Source: Gammaproteobacteria bacterium
GTDB taxonomy: Bacteria; Pseudomonadota; Gammaproteobacteria; SZUA-229
DNA: 41,150 bases
Assembly (NCBI GenBank): GCA_011321985.1
Contig: DROB01000039.1
Coordinates: 1 to 41,150, forward strand
Direction: 5' to 3'
Every line of letters begins with the position of its first letter. Within the stretch, counting starts at the first letter, position 1. This document shows, piece after piece, positions 1 to 9,777 of this stretch. Made by a program: the position numbers and the translations under genes. The notes beneath the pieces were generated by a model. That model saw only the letters and a list, made by a program, of their open reading frames with translations, had not been told where the DNA came from and ran no database searches.

Positions 1-1304
1 AGTGGAAAATAGCTATAACGGTGTCGAGGGATGGTCGGGTCCAGCGCATCACGCGCGATCAACGAAGGTTTGGTTACCCGTCCATCACCAGGCTCCAGCA
101 TCAAAAGATCATAATTAACTCCATCGACTGGGCTTTCTATCTCACTCGGAAATAAACGCACCACTGATTCACCCTCGACCTCTTCGACCAGCAATCGTGC
201 CGGTGTCAATTCACAGTCGCCTCCAAAAACGATATAACGTACAGGTGATTCGGGTGTAGGTACAGAAAGTGACCAGACGAAACGCCGTGCTCGTTCGAGC
301 TGTCTATCAAAATATCTGACCAGTAGCTGATAGTAGTCCTCACCTTTATTCTCGATGATCGAGTCACGTACCTGCGGATTAAAAATCGTCCACTCAAATC
401 GACGCCAGGTCTCTGTATCAAAAAAATCCCGTTCCAGTGGCTTACCATCCAGGGTAATCATCGATAACAGGATCGGATGAGGAAATAACTGATAGGTACT
501 CGGCCAGGTCAGCATGACATGGGGTGGAATTCGATTCAGTCCTATCTTGAGACCCTGCAATACTTCCACCATAGCACTTACTGAACCGAGGTTCGGTGTA
601 CCCAGAAGGATGACCTTATTGACCCGACTGAATCCGTAACCGCTGACCGGGAAGTCATTATCGTTCAACACATCTTCATGCCCATAACGAAGATAATAAC
701 GGGTAACCAGCCCTCCCATACTGTGCGCGACGATATCTACTTTCAGCTCGGGTGAAGCATAATCTTTCCTGATCTGTTCGATCAAATCATCCAGCCTGCC
801 TGCTGTCTGAACATTATCTTCACGCCAGTCATAGACGAACAGATAATACTGACGTTTACCCGTCTGCTGTTTTTCACCGGGCGTACCCAGTGTATAGCCA
901 CCCACGTCTTCCAGAGTACGGATGATCGCGCCATAATAATCCTTGCCGACCACTTTGTCCGTTACTCCGGCGGGCCGCAGGACGGAAGGGGCTGGCCGTA
1001 ACGTCTCGGCATCGATACTCAAACCGATATCTTCATAATCGCTGAATAAAATACGCCACAGGTTTCCAGGCCACAACTCTTCATCGTCCGCTTCATTATT
1101 CAGGCGCGAACCAAATGCACCATGGATCAGAATAACCGGTGGTTGTCGCTGGACAGGAAGATTGCCAGGACCATGTGACTGAAAACGACTGGGTAGATCG
1201 GACGTACTATACAGGCGTGACAGATCAGGTATAACACTATCGGAACAGGCACTGATGCTGGCTAAAGCAAATACCAATAATAAAGATCTGGTGTCATGTA
1301 ACAT
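1..1304 (-). CDS. alpha/beta-hydrolase lipoprotein, LCAT/PGAP1-like lipase family (C-terminus lies beyond the left window edge)
   Basis: Absent from the supplied ORF track because it has no stop inside the window. Hand translation from the ATG at 1304 (alternative in-frame ATG at 1322) gives MLHDTRSLLLVFALASISAC with lipobox ISAC, then PPVILIHGAFGSRL and the nucleophile elbow DIVAHSMGGLVTRYYL. The frame stays open to base 3. It starts 25 nt downstream of the ABC permease gene on the same strand. Confidence 0.75.
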   Translation of the reverse strand, partial: MLHDTRSLLLVFALASISACSDSVIPDLSRLYSTSDLPSRFQSHGPGNLPVQRQPPVILIHGAFGSRLNNEADDEELWPGNLWRILFSDYEDIGLSIDAETLRPAPSVLRPAGVTDKVVGKDYYGAIIRTLEDVGGYTLGTPGEKQQTGKRQYYLFVYDWREDNVQTAGRLDDLIEQIRKDYASPELKVDIVAHSMGGLVTRYYLRYGHEDVLNDNDFPVSGYGFSRVNKVILLGTPNLGSVSAMVEVLQGLKIGLNRIPPHVMLTWPSTYQLFPHPILLSMITLDGKPLERDFFDTETWRRFEWTIFNPQVRDSIIENKGEDYYQLLVRYFDRQLERARRFVWSLSVPTPESPVRYIVFGGDCELTPARLLVEEVEGESVVRLFPSEIESPVDGVNYDLLMLEPGDGRVTKPSLIARDALDPTIPRHRYSYFP

Positions 1305-1329
1305 GTTCGTCTTACCCTTCATCCTGCGG

Positions 1330-2103
1330 CTACTGCTTTAACCGATAACCTGTCTTGAACATCCACCATACGATAAACAGGCAGAGAGCAAGAAAAAACA
1401 ACACCATGGCCAGGCTTAACCCGACACTGACATCTGCCACTTCAAAAAAACTCCAGCGAAAACCACTGATCAGATAGACCACCGGGTTGAACAGAGTAAT
1501 AGTCTGCCAGGCAGGCGGTAACATACTGACCGAATAGAAGCTACCACCGAGAAAGACCAGCGGCGTGATAACCAGCATGGGAATAAGCTGCAACTTTTCA
1601 AAATTATCTGCCCACAGACCAATGATAAATCCGAACAGGCTGAAAGTGATACAGGTGAGCAATAGAAAACTCAACATCCATATCGGGTGTGCGATCTCCA
1701 GCGGTACGAAAAAACCTGCTGTACCCAGGATGACAAAACCGATAATGACTGACTTGCTCGCCGCAGCACCGACATATCCGATAAGAATCTCTATAAAGGA
1801 TATCGGTGCCGACATCACCTCATAGACCGTGCCAGTAAATTTTGGGAAGAAGATACCGAAAGAAGCATTAGCAATACTCTGTGTCAATAGTGCCAGCATC
1901 ATCAATCCAGGTACGATAAACGTACCATAGGGTACACCTTCGATCTCCTGAATACGCGAGCCTATCGCTGAACCGAATACGACAAAATACAGTGCTGTGG
2001 ATATGACGGGCGAGATAAAACTCTGCAACATGGTCTCCCATGCACGTAACATCTCGTATCTATAGATAACCTTTATCGCCTGAACATTGATACTCATTAT
2101 CAT
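1330..2103 (-). CDS. ABC-2 type transporter permease (YadH-like)
   Basis: 257 aa, multi-pass hydrophobic protein typical of the ABC-2 family. Its ATG overlaps the stop of the upstream ATPase gene (ATGA), suggesting translational coupling. Confidence 0.85.
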   Translation of the reverse strand: MIMSINVQAIKVIYRYEMLRAWETMLQSFISPVISTALYFVVFGSAIGSRIQEIEGVPYGTFIVPGLMMLALLTQSIANASFGIFFPKFTGTVYEVMSAPISFIEILIGYVGAAASKSVIIGFVILGTAGFFVPLEIAHPIWMLSFLLLTCITFSLFGFIIGLWADNFEKLQLIPMLVITPLVFLGGSFYSVSMLPPAWQTITLFNPVVYLISGFRWSFFEVADVSVGLSLAMVLFFLALCLFIVWWMFKTGYRLKQ

Positions 2104-3020
2104 TTCCTGACCAGATTGACAAAAATTTCTTCCAGTGATGTCTGCGTGGTATTGATGTCTTTCAATAACAGACCTGCTCCTCTGAGACTGTCGAGCAAAG
2201 GCGTGATAGTCGTATGTGGATTGAGTGGATCATAGGTATAGGTCATACACCTGCCATCATCCGAAAGATCCAGTGCCCAGACAGACAATGATTCAGGAAT
2301 CACAGAAATAGTCTCTTCAAGCTCGATGGTCATCTGTTTCTTTCCCAGCTGATGCATGATGTCCTGTTTATTATCGATCAACAATAATTCACCATTACTG
2401 ATGACACCCACCCGGTCAGCGATCTCTTCTGCTTCTTCTATATAGTGTGTAGTAAGAATAATAGTAACACCGGATTCACGTAGTTTCTTTACCAGTGCCC
2501 ACATATCTTTACGTAGTTCGACATCGACACCCGCGGTGGGTTCATCCAGAAACAGGATATCGGGTTCATGTGCCAGTGCCTTTCCGATAAGGACGCGACG
2601 TTTCATACCACCTGATAGTGAGAGGATCTCATTGTTTCTTTTATCCCAGAGTGACAGGTCTCTGAGTAACTGTTCGAGGTAAACAGGGTCTGGCTTTTTA
2701 CCAAACAGCCCGCGACTAAAAGCAAGCGTATTGATCACTTTATCAAACGCACCCAGGGTGAGTTCCTGAGGGACCAGGCCAATCATACTTCGGGTCATAC
2801 GAAAATCGATCACATTATCAAATCCATCCACGATGACAGTCCCCGAACTCGCATTAACCAGCCCACAGATAATCGAGATCAATGTGGTCTTGCCTGCACC
2901 GTTTGGACCGAGTAATGCCAGGATTTCACCCCGTTCGATATCCAGACTCAGATTTTTTAGCGCCTGATGTCCATCGGCATAGGTTTTGGATAGATCAGAA
3001 ATTGAAACCACGGGTTGCAT
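2100..3020 (-). CDS. ABC transporter ATP-binding protein (YadG-like, ABC-2 exporter partner)
   Basis: Walker [10 protein letters not shown], signature LSGGMKRR, Walker [13 protein letters not shown]. Confidence 0.92.
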   Translation of the reverse strand: MQPVVSISDLSKTYADGHQALKNLSLDIERGEILALLGPNGAGKTTLISIICGLVNASSGTVIVDGFDNVIDFRMTRSMIGLVPQELTLGAFDKVINTLAFSRGLFGKKPDPVYLEQLLRDLSLWDKRNNEILSLSGGMKRRVLIGKALAHEPDILFLDEPTAGVDVELRKDMWALVKKLRESGVTIILTTHYIEEAEEIADRVGVISNGELLLIDNKQDIMHQLGKKQMTIELEETISVIPESLSVWALDLSDDGRCMTYTYDPLNPHTTITPLLDSLRGAGLLLKDINTTQTSLEEIFVNLVRK

Positions 3021-3062
3021 AGTATTTGAAGTACCGGTTCTGGATGGTCATTGCCTGTAAGG

Positions 3063-3167
3063 CACCGCAGAATACATTCCGCTCCTACAGATGTGAACCT
3101 GCCTGTAGGAGCGGTTTGCAAACCACGATTGCCTGCAGAAATAATTTATCGTCACATTGAAACACCC
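3063..3167. repeat. REP-type palindromic intergenic element, copy A
   Basis: Contains cattccgctcctacag and the inverted ctgtaggagcggtttgcaaaccacgat, plus a conserved tail gcctgcagaaataa...aaacaccc. The same arms and tail recur at 13381-13536; arms alone recur at 27506-27567 and 32090-32128/32384-32411. Confidence 0.8.
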
Positions 3168-3173
3168 TTATTC

Positions 3174-4580
3174 TCACAGGGTAAAATCCAGCTCCTCACT
3201 GTCTCTCTCGACAACCTCCATATCATAACTGGCATGGTGCAGTTTCAAAACCTGATGCAGCTCTTTCAACAGTAACCCGGTATCGATACCGGCTGTTTTA
3301 AACTTGAGGACGACAGCCATATCCATCTCGGTATTTGCCAGCAAGTCTACTTTATACCCTTTCCCTGATGCTAACAGCGACTGTATCTCACTCCAGTCTG
3401 AAATACGCTGATCAGGATCTTTGATCAATGCCCGATTTATAAATTCAGCCAGACCTTCTGGTACATCAGGCACCAGAGTTCTTATATCTTTTGCTTCCTC
3501 ATTGATTGTCTTCTGCATGATGCCGAGCATACTCGGTGCCCTGAATGGTGTCTTACCGGTCAGCATGGCATAGGCGGTTACCGCCAGAGCATAGATATCG
3601 ATGCGATAATCAAACGTTTTTTTCTGTAACACTTCTGGCGCTGTGTACAGGATAGTGCCTTCGAAGTTTTTGTTGCACTGTTCACTGGTGGTAGCGATAC
3701 CAAAATCCATCAGTTTCACATTACCCTGATAATCAAGCACGATATTGGCTGGTTTGATATCACGATGTATGATACCACCATTGTGCCTGTTACCCGCATA
3801 TTCCAGAGCCTGCGCCAGTTGGCTGATTATGTCACAGGTCTGTTTACCACTGAAAACACCCTGCTCCTGCAGATAATATTTAAGATCATAACCGTCGAGC
3901 TTCTCCATGACGATAAACGATGTCGAATAATCATCGATGGTTTCTATCACGTGCAAAATATTCGGGTGGGTCAGCTTAGCGATAGTAACCGCTTCCTGTT
4001 TGAAACGTTTCTTGAAATCGGCCCTCGAAGCGATCTCATACTTCAGCATCTTGATCGCAACCTCACGACCCAGCACCGTATCTTTCGCATTGTAGACGAC
4101 CGACATACCGCCTTCGCCCAATTGACTGAGTATCCTGTATTTACCCAGGCGATTGATACCATTGGCCCCGAACATCCGGCTTTTCATCAGATCCGTCATC
4201 ACCGTCGCCAGTTCGGTGTGTTGTTCCATCAATATCTGAAAATCATCGCGATGCAGTGCCAGAGCTTCGGCATCTGTCTGCGCGATCACGTCCGCTTTGC
4301 TCGGTGTGCCGGATAACAGTGCTATCTCACCGAGCACATCACCTCTACCTAATTTGACATCCCTGTCTTCCAGACTGACCTTCACCTTACCCTGTTTGAT
4401 GATCAACATGAATTCGCCAGCTTCATCTTTTCCTATCAGCTTTTCACCGGCTTCGTAACGATGCATACTCATACGCTCAGCGATATCGCCGATAATATGG
4501 TTATCCAGCTTTATGAATAACTTCACACCTGGAAGAAATACCAGTGCATCTTGCTGATCGATATTTATCTGTTTTAGCAT
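3174..4580 (-). CDS. cyclic-nucleotide-binding-like domain fused to a Hanks-type Ser/Thr protein kinase
   Basis: N-terminal cNMP-fold signature: GEFMLIIKQGKVKV...GDVLGEIALLSGTPSKADV. Kinase motifs: GEGGMSVVY, VAIKML, HRDIKPANIVL, DFG, TAPE. About 90 aa at the C-terminus are unassigned. Confidence 0.88.
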   Translation of the reverse strand: MLKQINIDQQDALVFLPGVKLFIKLDNHIIGDIAERMSMHRYEAGEKLIGKDEAGEFMLIIKQGKVKVSLEDRDVKLGRGDVLGEIALLSGTPSKADVIAQTDAEALALHRDDFQILMEQHTELATVMTDLMKSRMFGANGINRLGKYRILSQLGEGGMSVVYNAKDTVLGREVAIKMLKYEIASRADFKKRFKQEAVTIAKLTHPNILHVIETIDDYSTSFIVMEKLDGYDLKYYLQEQGVFSGKQTCDIISQLAQALEYAGNRHNGGIIHRDIKPANIVLDYQGNVKLMDFGIATTSEQCNKNFEGTILYTAPEVLQKKTFDYRIDIYALAVTAYAMLTGKTPFRAPSMLGIMQKTINEEAKDIRTLVPDVPEGLAEFINRALIKDPDQRISDWSEIQSLLASGKGYKVDLLANTEMDMAVVLKFKTAGIDTGLLLKELHQVLKLHHASYDMEVVERDSEELDFTL

Positions 4581-4592
4581 AGGATCTTTTTC

Positions 4593-5666
4593 TTATTTAT
4601 CGGGCAACTCTTTTATATAGATATCCTGCTTGCTATACGGTATCTCGATATTCTCACGCATGAAACACTTGTAGATATCTGTCAGCAAGATATCGATCAC
4701 CCTGCCCCGCAGGGAAGGCTCCTCTACCCAGCACAATAGTTCAAAATCCAGACTCGAATTTCCCAGTGCACGAAAACGAACCCGTGATTCAGGCATATTA
4801 CAGACCGATTCACAATCCTCTGCAATATGCATGAGTAATGCTCGCACCTGATCGATGTCTGAACCATAAGCGACACCGACCGGGATCTTGATCCGGTATT
4901 TCGGATACGGCCCACCCGACTCATTGACGATCTTGGAATTACCCATGATCGAATTCGGAATAGTCAGCTCCACATCACCGCGTGTCAGCATACGAGTACT
5001 ACGGATACCAATCTTGGTAATCGCACCCCGCTCACCCGAATCCAGCACCACATAATCCCCGATCTTATATGGCATATCTGCCAGGATAAAAACACCCGAG
5101 AACAGATTTGCCAGCGTATCCTTTGCAGCAAAACCGACCGCGATACCAACGATACCAGCTGAGGCCAGCCAGGCAGTCATATCGATACTCCAGGTTTCAA
5201 AGATCAGATAGATCGCGATTGCGACGATGAGGATGATCGCCACATTTTCGAATAAAGGGACCGTCGCAGGTTGTAATATCTTCGGTCCTTTCGCCGCAGA
5301 AACCTGGCTACGCAACACCGCTTTCGATATACGAACCGTAAACACCATCCATACGAAAACACCGATAGACTGCAATATGGAGATCAATACACCTTGCAGA
5401 CCATCAGACACCGACAATAGACGAACTGCCAGCGATAAGCCGATCATCAATACCGTATAACTGAGCGGTGTCTGTAGCGCGGTAAAAAGTGCATCATCGA
5501 TGGTAGAGCGGGTCCGAGCCGACAGCTTCTTCAATAACCGGATGACACCACCCACGATAATACGAGAGAACAGGAAGGTAAGTACGACGACGATACCCGA
5601 CTGCACATAGGGACTACCGGCGAACACATCGAGGATGGGGTTCAGGAGTTCTTGTAATTTATCCAT
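4593..5666 (-). CDS. mechanosensitive ion channel family protein (MscS-like paralogue)
   Basis: 357 aa. N-terminal TM helices followed by an MscS core: LANLFSGVFILADMPYKIGDYVVLDSGERGAITKIGIRSTRMLTRGD...IPNS. Ends 12 nt before the kinase gene on the same strand. Confidence 0.88.
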   Translation of the reverse strand: MDKLQELLNPILDVFAGSPYVQSGIVVVLTFLFSRIIVGGVIRLLKKLSARTRSTIDDALFTALQTPLSYTVLMIGLSLAVRLLSVSDGLQGVLISILQSIGVFVWMVFTVRISKAVLRSQVSAAKGPKILQPATVPLFENVAIILIVAIAIYLIFETWSIDMTAWLASAGIVGIAVGFAAKDTLANLFSGVFILADMPYKIGDYVVLDSGERGAITKIGIRSTRMLTRGDVELTIPNSIMGNSKIVNESGGPYPKYRIKIPVGVAYGSDIDQVRALLMHIAEDCESVCNMPESRVRFRALGNSSLDFELLCWVEEPSLRGRVIDILLTDIYKCFMRENIEIPYSKQDIYIKELPDK

Positions 5667-5820
5667 GATATTGATACATCTACTGGTTTATATATTTGCC
5701 GAATGTGATGACTAAAAATAATCAGGTTATCGTAGCATCTTACAGCCCATGGGTCTCCTGCACCGTTAGCCAGGATACCGCACAAAAGTTCATGGGGCCT
5801 ACCCTCAAATAACCGATATA

Positions 5821-7881
5821 TTATCTACATCTAATCGCATCCTGAACCAGCCGAAGCCGCAAATTACCTGCACCATCGACCACAGCATCCCAGCCTTCTG
5901 CCAGCCAGGTAGTAGAACTGGCCTCGGTAATCAATGCCGGTCCTCTTATTTTCTGACCCGTTTCCAGCCCCATGCGGTCGATGAGAACAACAGGGGTTTT
6001 TCTATCGGGCATGTGCACAAATTTTTCTTCGAACGCTGCTATCGGTGACCACTGCGGCAGATCAAACGTCTGCTGACGCTCAACGACACGTACCCGAAGG
6101 TTGACCAGTTCGACATCGACATCCAGTCGATGCCCATAACTATCCGCGTGCTTTTTATGAAAGACCGATTCGATACCCTGTAAACCCTCCCAGGGAAGAT
6201 CAAGTGCATGGCTTTGCCCTAGATAACGGACATCGGCTGTCAATCTTATCTGAACCTCCTTCTCTACACCGTCACTTTCCTCAGCATCCGACTGCGGATG
6301 ACCGGATGAAGACCCCGTAGATAGCTCTTCTCCTGCCTGCTCGACCAGCTCGGAAAACAGTTGTTCGATATCACCGGCATCACACTCTTTCACTCGCCGG
6401 TTAATGGTACGCGAGCGTTCTCGACTGGCATCGGCAGCCAGCATACCCAGAGCAGATAATACACCCGCATCGACCGGAACCAGTGCTTCAGTCATCTCCA
6501 GTTCTTCTGCCAGTGCGCATACATGCAAACCTCCGGCACCACCGAAAGAGACCAGCGTGTAATCTTCAGGGTCTTCACCACGTTCGACAGACATGACGTG
6601 CAGAGCACGGACCATATGGTCATTGACAATATCGATGATACCCTGTGCTGCCTGTTCGACGGTAACGGTTTTTTCATCACTGGAAAGAGCACCGGCAATG
6701 CTCTGTACCGCTGTGATGGCGGCCGATTTATCCAGCTGCATATTGCCACCGAGAAAAGACTGCGGCAGTAATCGCCCTAGTACGACATTGGCATCGGTTA
6801 CCGTCGGCAGCTTACCGCCTCTGCCATAACAGGCCGGGCCAGGATCCGCACCAGCAGATTCTGGCCCCACCAGCAATAAGCCCCCTGCATCAACGGCTGC
6901 GATAGAGCCACCTCCAGCACCGATGGTGTGCATATCGACCATCGGCACTGCCACCGGATATCCAGCGATTGTTGCACCCGTGGTAAAACCGATCTCTTTA
7001 TCAATGATAGAGACATCGGTGGAGGTGCCGCCCATATCAAATGACAGTATCTTCGTTATACCCGAGGCAGCGGCAACAGTTTGTGCACCTCTGAGTCCAC
7101 CCGCCGGTCCCGACAACAGTAGATTAGTCGGATAATGTCCAGCCTGACCTGCACTGGTGATCCCCCCCGAACTCTGCATGATAGAGAGCGAGCCACGCCG
7201 ATCACCGAGTGATTGCTCCAGACGTTTAAGATAACCTTGCATCAGTGGCCCGACTACAGCATTCAACGTGGTGGTCATACCGCGTTCGAACTCCCGATAT
7301 TCCGGCAGTACATCAGATGAACGACTGATAAAGCATGACTTTAACTTATGGTTATCGAGAATTGCCTGTTCGATTTTCAATTCTTCACTGTCATCAAAAA
7401 ATGAAAACAGAAGGTTGATGGCGATGGCTTCGGGCTCCAGCTCTACCAGCTGCGTCATCAGCTCGGACACTGCTTTTTCATCAAGTTGTTGCAGGCATTC
7501 TCCCTTCGCACTCAGACGGGAATCCACTTCGACACATAATGCACGCTCTATGAGTGGTGGTTTTTTTACCGGTGTCAGATCGTATAACTCTTCACGCGCC
7601 TGCCGACCGATACTGAGCACATCCGCCAGGCCTCTGTTCGTGATATAGGCCGTACGTACACCTTTACCTTCGAGCACCGCGTTGGTCGCTACGGTTGAAC
7701 CGTGGATGATGGTCAGATCTCTACTATCGATTTCCAGCTCAGCGATCCCCTGCAGGATCGCTTCTTCGGGAGCACCCGGGGTAGAGAGAACTTTATGGGT
7801 ACGGACCGCTCTTGATACATCGTCAAACAGGATGAAATCAGTGAATGTACCGCCGGTATCGATGCCGAGGAATTTAGCCAT
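5821..7881 (-). CDS. hydantoinase/oxoprolinase family protein (HyuA-type subunit)
   Basis: 686 aa. N-terminus MAKFLGIDTGGTFTDF is characteristic of the hydantoinase A / 5-oxoprolinase A family. An internal DMGGTSTD motif indicates an ASKHA-fold ATPase. Confidence 0.85.
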   Translation of the reverse strand: MAKFLGIDTGGTFTDFILFDDVSRAVRTHKVLSTPGAPEEAILQGIAELEIDSRDLTIIHGSTVATNAVLEGKGVRTAYITNRGLADVLSIGRQAREELYDLTPVKKPPLIERALCVEVDSRLSAKGECLQQLDEKAVSELMTQLVELEPEAIAINLLFSFFDDSEELKIEQAILDNHKLKSCFISRSSDVLPEYREFERGMTTTLNAVVGPLMQGYLKRLEQSLGDRRGSLSIMQSSGGITSAGQAGHYPTNLLLSGPAGGLRGAQTVAAASGITKILSFDMGGTSTDVSIIDKEIGFTTGATIAGYPVAVPMVDMHTIGAGGGSIAAVDAGGLLLVGPESAGADPGPACYGRGGKLPTVTDANVVLGRLLPQSFLGGNMQLDKSAAITAVQSIAGALSSDEKTVTVEQAAQGIIDIVNDHMVRALHVMSVERGEDPEDYTLVSFGGAGGLHVCALAEELEMTEALVPVDAGVLSALGMLAADASRERSRTINRRVKECDAGDIEQLFSELVEQAGEELSTGSSSGHPQSDAEESDGVEKEVQIRLTADVRYLGQSHALDLPWEGLQGIESVFHKKHADSYGHRLDVDVELVNLRVRVVERQQTFDLPQWSPIAAFEEKFVHMPDRKTPVVLIDRMGLETGQKIRGPALITEASSTTWLAEGWDAVVDGAGNLRLRLVQDAIRCR

Positions 7882-8052
7882 ACGATATTATAAAAGCTTT
7901 TAACCACTGAGACACGGAACAGGCAACGGTTTCCTCTTTTTTATCCGTACCATCAGTAAATCAACTTCTTTCAGCACTCTCATTGCCTCCGTGGTCCAAT
8001 AAGCTGCTTTTTCCCCTTGCAAGCTAGCGTAAATCAGTAATAATAACGCCCC

Positions 8053-8973
8053 ATGTCCTCTCTTATCTCAGTCAATCATCTCAGTCGTCACTATGGCGAT
8101 TTCTGTGCTGTGAATGACATCAGCTTTGAATTAGCCGTGGGCGATATCCTGGGTTTTCTCGGTCCCAATGGTGCAGGCAAATCCTCGACCATGCAGATGC
8201 TGAGCGGTAATCTGGCACCGACATTGGGTGAGATCAGTATCAACGGTATCGACCTGCTGGAACAACCGAAACAGGCCAAGGCATCACTCGGCTACCTCCC
8301 GGAAACCCCACCTCTATATAAAGAGATGACGGTAACAGAATATCTGGATTTTTGTGGCCGACTCCACCGGATAAACAGGCAACAGCGACACAACATCTGT
8401 GACTCGGCGATAGAGCATTGCGGCCTGGGTCATGTCCAGCACCGATTGATCCAGAACCTTTCGAAAGGTTATCAGCAACGAGTGGGAATAGCCCAGGCCA
8501 TCCTGCACTCTCCCCCGGTCATCATACTCGATGAACCGACGGTAGGGCTCGATCCGATCCAGATCCTGGAAATACGCGCTCTGATAAAAACGTTGGGTGA
8601 AAATCACGGTATCATCCTGTGCACACATATCTTACCCGAGGTACAGGCTGTATGTAATCGTGTACAGATCATCGATAAGGGTAGCCTGGTTTATAGCGCA
8701 GATATGGATGACATGTTAAACCGGCAGGCAACATGTTATGAGATCGTGTTATCACCGACGATAAAGCAGGTGGACATCTCAGGTGATGATATTTTTAAAT
8801 CGGTAACGACGATGAGTGATAACCGTTTTCTGATAGAGAGTGATCTACCTGCAGAGGAAATCATCGAACATACGGTACGACAAAAATGGGGGTTAACCCA
8901 TTTCTCCTCTCACCATACCTCACTGGAACAGATTTTTATCGATCTGACATTAACGGATGATAAAGCATCATGA
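8053..8973 (+). CDS. ABC transporter ATP-binding protein (GldA-like)
   Basis: Walker A GPNGAGKSST, signature LSKGYQQR, Walker B IILDEPTVGLD. First gene of a co-oriented four-gene block. Confidence 0.9.
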   Translation: MSSLISVNHLSRHYGDFCAVNDISFELAVGDILGFLGPNGAGKSSTMQMLSGNLAPTLGEISINGIDLLEQPKQAKASLGYLPETPPLYKEMTVTEYLDFCGRLHRINRQQRHNICDSAIEHCGLGHVQHRLIQNLSKGYQQRVGIAQAILHSPPVIILDEPTVGLDPIQILEIRALIKTLGENHGIILCTHILPEVQAVCNRVQIIDKGSLVYSADMDDMLNRQATCYEIVLSPTIKQVDISGDDIFKSVTTMSDNRFLIESDLPAEEIIEHTVRQKWGLTHFSSHHTSLEQIFIDLTLTDDKAS

Positions 8974-9722
8974 TCATGCTCATCGCCAAACGTGAATTTC
9001 GCAGCATGTTCCTGTCACCGATGGCCTGGGTGATACTGGCCATCATACAGGTCATCCTGGCGTGGTCATTTTTTTCTTCCATCGATGTGTTTTTCAATAT
9101 CCAGGCTGAACTCACCACGCTAAAAAATGCACCCGGTGTAACCGATCTGGTCATCTCGCCACTATTCGAGGTTGCCAGTATCGTTTTACTGATGGTAACA
9201 CCACTACTGAGTATGCGCCTGCTCAGTGAAGAGAAACGTAACAGAACCATCAGCCTGTTACTGAGTGCCCCTGTCAGTATCACCGAGATCGTTCTCGGAA
9301 AATATCTTGGCCTGCTATTTTTCATCACCACCCTTTTAGCCCTGATCTCTTTGATGCCCCTGTCGCTATCGATGGGGACCGAACTGGATTTTTACAAACT
9401 GAGTGCGGGCCTTACAGGTCTTTTTCTAATACTTGCTGCATTCAGTGCTGCAGGGCTTTACATGTCATCGCTCACAGATAACCCTGTCATTGCTGCCATC
9501 AGTACATTTGGCCTGCTGCTCTTGTTATGGATGATAAATATAAGTAACGCCTCAACGGCTGAAGGCAGTCATATTTTAAATTATCTTTCTCTTAACATGC
9601 ATTTCTCCATGTTATTACGTGGTGTACTGGATACGCGCGATATCATTTACTTCCTGTTATTCATATCCGGTTTTATCGTATTGACGATCAGACAGCTAGA
9701 GACACAACGATTACAGTCATGA
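8970..9722 (+). CDS. ABC-2 family permease (GldF-like)
   Basis: 250 aa polytopic membrane protein. Its start overlaps the ATPase stop (ATGA). Confidence 0.85.
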   Translation: MIMLIAKREFRSMFLSPMAWVILAIIQVILAWSFFSSIDVFFNIQAELTTLKNAPGVTDLVISPLFEVASIVLLMVTPLLSMRLLSEEKRNRTISLLLSAPVSITEIVLGKYLGLLFFITTLLALISLMPLSLSMGTELDFYKLSAGLTGLFLILAAFSAAGLYMSSLTDNPVIAAISTFGLLLLLWMINISNASTAEGSHILNYLSLNMHFSMLLRGVLDTRDIIYFLLFISGFIVLTIRQLETQRLQS

Positions 9723-9777
9723 TCTTATCGAAATCAAATAGCATGACCTGTCTCCGGTTAACAACACTGTGTACCCG

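Noticed and set aside
206-448. 80-aa minus-strand ORF from the track.
   Set aside because: It is an alternate frame of the long open-ended lipase-like gene that occupies 1-1304.
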